DNA of 64,000 nucleotides. Source: Nitrospirota bacterium (GTDB lineage Bacteria; Nitrospirota; UBA9217). This document shows, piece after piece, positions 59,584 to 64,000 of this stretch. The stretch lies in assembly GCA_963840455.1 (NCBI GenBank), contig CAWIYV010000007.1:416001-480000 (forward strand), read 5' to 3'. Each line of letters begins with the position of its first letter. The first letter of the stretch is position 1. The notes beneath the pieces were generated by a model. The model did no database searches, had not been told where the DNA came from, and saw nothing but the letters and a program-made list of their open reading frames with translations. A program made the position numbers and the translations under genes.

Positions 59584-60752
59584 TATGCGCTTTCTCCCAG
59601 CATTCCCTGGTGCTTCAGCATGCCGAAGACTGCGAGGGCTTTATCGACGTCCTGATCGGAATGTGTTGCCATGACCGTTGTCCTGATGCGCGAGCTCCCG
59701 TCGGGCACCGAGGGCGGCCTAATGGCCGTGGCAATTACACCGGCTGCGAAAAGCTCTCCTGCCGCCGCGAGCGTTTTTTCAGCGCTTCCCAGGATGACCG
59801 GGATGATGGGTGTTGCGGAAGCGCCCAAGCTGATGCCCTTTGAAGCAAGTCCATTGGCCAGACGTTCCCGGTTCTGCCATAGTCGGTCCCGCCTCCACGG
59901 TTCGTGATCCACGATGTCGAGCGCCGCGATCGATGCAGCGCAGACAGCCGGCGGCAGCGAGGTGCTGAATATGTAGCTTCTGCTGGAATTCAACAAGTAG
60001 GCGATCAGTCCGCGGTCGCCCGCCACGTAGGCGCCGTAGGAGCCGAGGGCCTTGCCCAAGGTACCCATCTGGATCTGCACCCTGCCCTCCAGACCGAAAT
60101 GCTCGACCGTCCCCCGTCCCCGCTTCCCCAGAACGCCCGTCCCATGCGCGTCGTCGACCATGAGCATGGCATCGTATCGCTCTGCGAGCAGCGCCAGGTC
60201 AGGGAGCGGCGCGATGTCACCGTCCATGCTGAAAACGCCGTCGGTGACGATCAGCTTTCTGCGGCAGGCTGCATGTTCTTTCAGGAGAGACTCCAAATGG
60301 TCAGGGTCACGGTGCCGGTAGACAACGGTCCTCGCCCTGCTCAGGCGGCATCCGTCGATGATGCTGGCGTGGTTCAGCTCATCGCTCAGGATGACATCAC
60401 GCTCACCGGCGATGGCCGGGATGGCCCCGGTGTTCGCGGCATACCCGGAATTGAACAGGATCGCGGCTTCGGTGCCTTTGAATCCCGCGATCCGTTGTTC
60501 CAGTCCTTCGTGGAGGTCCATGTTCCCCGAAATGAGACGTGACGCGCCGGACCCCGCACCGTAGCGTTCCAGGGCATCGTGGGCAGCCTGAGCGAGCGCC
60601 GGATGTTCGGCAAGACCAAGGTAATTGTTCGAGCACAGCAGGAGGACCTCTTTACCGCTCATGACGACGCGGGGGCCCTGGCAAGAACTGATGCGTACGA
60701 GGCTACGCAGCAGGTGACGGTGTTCTTTATCATGCAGTTCCCGTTCGAACAT
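59583..60752 (-). CDS. bioF: 8-amino-7-oxononanoate synthase
   Basis: SNNYLGLA, GASRLISG, NHASIIDG, FSMDGD, DDAHG, TLGKA, IRPPSVP. Confidence 0.95.
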   Translation of the reverse strand: MFERELHDKEHRHLLRSLVRISSCQGPRVVMSGKEVLLLCSNNYLGLAEHPALAQAAHDALERYGAGSGASRLISGNMDLHEGLEQRIAGFKGTEAAILFNSGYAANTGAIPAIAGERDVILSDELNHASIIDGCRLSRARTVVYRHRDPDHLESLLKEHAACRRKLIVTDGVFSMDGDIAPLPDLALLAERYDAMLMVDDAHGTGVLGKRGRGTVEHFGLEGRVQIQMGTLGKALGSYGAYVAGDRGLIAYLLNSSRSYIFSTSLPPAVCAASIAALDIVDHEPWRRDRLWQNRERLANGLASKGISLGASATPIIPVILGSAEKTLAAAGELFAAGVIATAIRPPSVPDGSSRIRTTVMATHSDQDVDKALAVFGMLKHQGMLGESA

Positions 60753-60757
60753 GGTGC

Positions 60758-61570
60758 TTATCCGCTCCGACCCGGCAGCCCATCCCCTGCGCGGCAGGTC
60801 CCGATCTCCGTGATGAGGACCGGAGTCTCCTGCAGATATGCCATGAGGGCGTTCCTGTCAAGATCGCCATGCGTAACGAAGAACGCCCGTCCTCCGAAAC
60901 CGTTCCCGGCCTGCTTCAGGTGCGGGAACCTGACATACCCTTTTGTCCGATCTGCCACGTAGCCGGCTGTATAGTCCGGTTCATCGGACCAGCAGAGCTC
61001 TGCAACAATGCCTGGAGCGTAAGAGACCTTTGTGGCAAGTGCAAGCGCCTCCTTCGTCCGGAAGTGAGTCAGCCCGAGGGCTGACAGCTCCCGGTCGATC
61101 CGCTTGGACGCCCCGTCGCTCCAGTCGAACCGGGAGACCCGAACGCCGCGCGATCGGTCCGGCTCGAACCGCTCACCGGTCTCCGCATCAATGAGCATCG
61201 CACCCCGCATGTTTCCGCCATCAGGGGAAGCTCCCTGTTCGAGTGCACGGAATGCGGCCAGGACAGCCGAAGAAGAGACACCGGAGGCTTCAAGGACGCG
61301 TGCTGCGTTCTCCCGGCAGGCGGTAATGCTGTGCATATCCAGCGAGACGAGGTCGAGGGAGGGGACGGAACGGACCGGAATATCGCCGAGAGCGTCAATA
61401 GTTACTACGATCTGATCAGGAGCGAGCTGCTTTGACAAGGCGCGATCGACCAGTTCCTTCATGGTCAGGTCGATGCGGTCGCGCGGGACGAGCCGTTCAG
61501 CGCCGGACAGGTGAGACTGGCCTGTCGAGGCGCGCATGCGGACGCTGTAAAGAAGAGTCTCATAGCTCAT
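60758..61570 (-). CDS. bioW: 6-carboxyhexanoate (pimelate)-CoA ligase
   Basis: YSVRMRAS, HLSGAERL, MRGAML, RGVRVS, EALALATKV, ELCWSDEPDYTAGYVA. Confidence 0.9.
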   Translation of the reverse strand: MSYETLLYSVRMRASTGQSHLSGAERLVPRDRIDLTMKELVDRALSKQLAPDQIVVTIDALGDIPVRSVPSLDLVSLDMHSITACRENAARVLEASGVSSSAVLAAFRALEQGASPDGGNMRGAMLIDAETGERFEPDRSRGVRVSRFDWSDGASKRIDRELSALGLTHFRTKEALALATKVSYAPGIVAELCWSDEPDYTAGYVADRTKGYVRFPHLKQAGNGFGGRAFFVTHGDLDRNALMAYLQETPVLITEIGTCRAGDGLPGRSG

Positions 61571-61597
61571 AGCTTGTGGCTCATAGCTCTCCGCGAT

Positions 61598-62593
61598 CTA
61601 ACCGTCATTCCGGATCCTAAACCCCATATCGGCGATCATCCGCAGGTCGTCGCGCGGGTCCAGACCGGTCCGGGTGAGGTAGTTGCCGATCATGAAGCCG
61701 TCGGCGCCTGCGAGGAAGATGAGGGGGTGGAGAACGCCGAGCGCGCTTCCCCTGCCCCCGCAGACCCGGATCTCCTTCTTCGGCAGGATGAGCCGGAACA
61801 GGGCGATGGCATGGAGCGCAGCCAGCGGCATGATAGGCGTCAGGCCCGCAAAAGGCGTTCCCGGCACGGGCATGAGGAAGTTGACCGGGACCGAGTCCAC
61901 ATCCAGCTCACGCAGGGTGAATGCCATGCTGATGCGGTCCTGCATGGTCTCGCCCATGCCGAGGATCCCGCCGCTGCAGGCTGAGAGGCCCAGAGTTCGT
62001 GCATTGGCAAGCAGCTCGATCCGCTCGTCGAAGGTGTGGGTCGAGCAGACCTCCGGGAAGTATTCCCGCGATGTCTCGATGTTGTGGTGGTACCGGTCGA
62101 GGCCAGCGTCCTTGAGGTACTGGAGCTGGCGGCAGCTCAGCGTCCCGAGCGTGGCGCAGGGAGAAAGGCCGGCATCCCGGACCCGCTCCACGCCCTTCGC
62201 GATGCTCCTGAGGTCCGCAGCGTCATCGATGCCGCGACCGCTCGTGACGATGCAAAATCTTCTAGCACCATTGTCTTGCGCTTCGAGCGCCGCCGCGGCC
62301 ATGCGGTCCACATCGATGAGCGGATAGACCGGCGCGTCGGTGTCGTAATGCGACGACTGGGCGCAGTAGCGGCAGTCCTCGCTGCAGGCGCCAGACTTGG
62401 CGTTGACGATCGAGCAGATGTCGACGGCATTCCCGCGAAAATGCTCCCGTACCCGGTTCGCAGCGGAGAAAAGGTCGATGAGGTCGGCGTTCCCGGCAGA
62501 GGCGAGCACAAGCGCCGTTGCACGGTCGACGGCACCTCCTGCGAGGACCTTGTCAGCGCTGCTCTGGATCGTGTCGCGGATCGTTCTGTTCAT
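61598..62593 (-). CDS. bioB: Biotin synthase
   Basis: NAKSGACSEDCRYCAQS, HHNIETS, CSGGILGMGE, GNYLT. Confidence 0.96.
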   Translation of the reverse strand: MNRTIRDTIQSSADKVLAGGAVDRATALVLASAGNADLIDLFSAANRVREHFRGNAVDICSIVNAKSGACSEDCRYCAQSSHYDTDAPVYPLIDVDRMAAAALEAQDNGARRFCIVTSGRGIDDAADLRSIAKGVERVRDAGLSPCATLGTLSCRQLQYLKDAGLDRYHHNIETSREYFPEVCSTHTFDERIELLANARTLGLSACSGGILGMGETMQDRISMAFTLRELDVDSVPVNFLMPVPGTPFAGLTPIMPLAALHAIALFRLILPKKEIRVCGGRGSALGVLHPLIFLAGADGFMIGNYLTRTGLDPRDDLRMIADMGFRIRNDG

Positions 62594-62601
62594 AGGTTAC
62601 T

Positions 62602-62657
62602 GTTATACCTGATGCGGCGTTGAATGTCAACCCGTGCTCTTAGAGACAGTTGACAAT
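62602..62657 (-). promoter_or_regulatory. bio promoter (TTGACA-N17-TATAAC) with overlapping BirA-type operator TGTCAAC-N17-GTTGACA
   Basis: Palindrome arms 62625-31 and 62649-55; the left arm is the -35; the -10 is 8 nt from the ATG. Confidence 0.75.
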
Positions 62658-62714
62658 GGAGTACCGCGTTTCTTCAGGGGGAGATTGGACGGGATCAACA
62701 GCGGGTGCACGCGG

Positions 62715-64000
62715 TCAGCTGAGCGAGGCGATGCTGCTCTTGACCTGCTCTTCCATGAGGGCGCGGATGGACCGGAGGGATGCCTCGTCAACGGCTTCGA
62801 AGCGCATGACCAGCACGGGTTGGGTATTGGAGGCCCGGATCAGGCCCCAGCCCTTTTGAAAGACCGCGCGCACGCCGTCAACAATGATGACCTCGCGGAC
62901 CGGGAGTGACATACCTTCGGGATGTGAATACAGGTCCCTGATCTTTTCGACGACCTTGAACTTGAGGTTGTCCGGACAGTCAAAGCGGATCTCAGGGGTG
63001 TTAAAGGTCTTCGGAAGGTCCGCGATCAGTGAGCTGAGGTCGATCGCTCTTTGCTCATACATGACAGGTGATGGCGATGAACGATGAGCAGCTTTTGCTG
63101 ATGCTCTGATCTTCTTCAGGATCTCAACGACCCTGCAGGCAGCGTAGATGGCGTCGTCGTAGCCGAAGTACCGGTCAGCGAAGAAGATGTGGCCGCTCAT
63201 CTCTCCTGCCAGGACCGCGCCGGTTTCCTTCATCTTGGCCTTGATGAGCGAGTGGCCGGTCTTCCACATGATCGCGTTGCCGCCGTGGGTGCGGATGTCG
63301 TCGTACATGGTCTGGGAGCATTTCACCTCGGATACGAACGTGGCTCCCGGCCGTTCGCGCAGGATGTCGCGCGAGAACAGGACCATGAGCTGGTCACCCC
63401 AGAGCACGGCCCCTTTCTCATCGACCACACCGATCCGGTCGGAGTCGCCGTCAAAGGCGATCCCCAAATCAGCCCCCGAGCTCTTCACCCTGCTGATAAG
63501 GGTTTCGAGGTTCTTCGGGATCGTGGGATCCGGGTGGTGGTTCGGGAACCGGCCATCCGGCTCCGAGTACAGTTCGATCACCTCGCAACCCATGGAGCGG
63601 ATGACTTCCGGCGCTATCAGCCCGGCGGTGCCGTTCCCGCTGTCGAGCACGACCTTGAGCGGAACATTGAGGAACTCGCGGAAGAGGCCCTTCAGGTGGC
63701 TCGTATAATCCGGAATGATGGGATGATCTGTTATCGTGCCCTTCCCGCCGGACCTGCTGTCCTTCGACCCGGCCAGGGACGCCATGATCCTTCCTACTTT
63801 CTGGATCTCTTCGCCGTAGATCGTGTCCTTGCCGACGCAGAGCTTGAATCCGTTGAACTCTGACGGGTTGTGGCTTCCGGTGATCATGATGCCGGCGCCG
63901 GGATTCAGATGGTGAAGCGAAAAATAGAGAGCGGGCGTTGGACAGAGGCCTATGTCGATGACATTGAGGCCCGATGCGGTCACACCGCGGCCAAGGGCGT
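62715..64000 (-). CDS. Phosphomannomutase/phosphoglucomutase (5' truncated by window)
   Basis: ITGSHNP, FPNHHPDP, FDGDSDR, GEMSGH, RASNTQP. Confidence 0.93.
   Translation of the reverse strand, partial: ALGRGVTASGLNVIDIGLCPTPALYFSLHHLNPGAGIMITGSHNPSEFNGFKLCVGKDTIYGEEIQKVGRIMASLAGSKDSRSGGKGTITDHPIIPDYTSHLKGLFREFLNVPLKVVLDSGNGTAGLIAPEVIRSMGCEVIELYSEPDGRFPNHHPDPTIPKNLETLISRVKSSGADLGIAFDGDSDRIGVVDEKGAVLWGDQLMVLFSRDILRERPGATFVSEVKCSQTMYDDIRTHGGNAIMWKTGHSLIKAKMKETGAVLAGEMSGHIFFADRYFGYDDAIYAACRVVEILKKIRASAKAAHRSSPSPVMYEQRAIDLSSLIADLPKTFNTPEIRFDCPDNLKFKVVEKIRDLYSHPEGMSLPVREVIIVDGVRAVFQKGWGLIRASNTQPVLVMRFEAVDEASLRSIRALMEEQVKSSIASLS

Noticed and set aside
6790-61760. KOPS (GGGNAGGG) polarity switch at dif
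   Set aside because: The few instances spotted left of dif are in mixed orientation; cannot be established by eye.

Overview
Bacterial chromosomal segment, GC-rich overall, from a Gram-negative (diderm) organism. A Nitrospirota or deltaproteobacterial-like origin is inferred from gene content only. It appears to span the replication terminus, with a near-canonical dif site at 35052-35079. Contents from left to right: (1) a putative Cu/metal-trafficking operon (NosL, two redoxins, an outer-membrane barrel, a Met/His-rich lipoprotein) preceded by a Cys/Pro-motif leader ORF and a 20-bp stem; (2) mobA-tatA-recJ, relA/spoT-ridA, signalling genes, dnaE, tRNA-Cys, dus and adh; (3) an accessory region next to tRNA-Gly in which a lexA/umuD-dinB pair is split by a BrnTA toxin-antitoxin module, an unknown gene, a nested palindrome block, an attI-like site and two integron-type cassettes with 60-bp attC sites, with no integron integrase in the window; (4) a ~1.1-kb relic island at tRNA-Gly; (5) htpX, hsp20-lon and lipA; (6) a ~20-kb lower-GC surface-polysaccharide locus with two IS30 elements, two homopolymer frameshifts and gene remnants; (7) a BirA-box-controlled bioB-bioW-bioF-SDR-bioD operon and a partial phosphomannomutase. 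Heptamer- and nonamer-period repeat tracts and a ~115-bp palindromic MITE-like element are dispersed throughout. All calls come from reading the sequence; no database searches were run.
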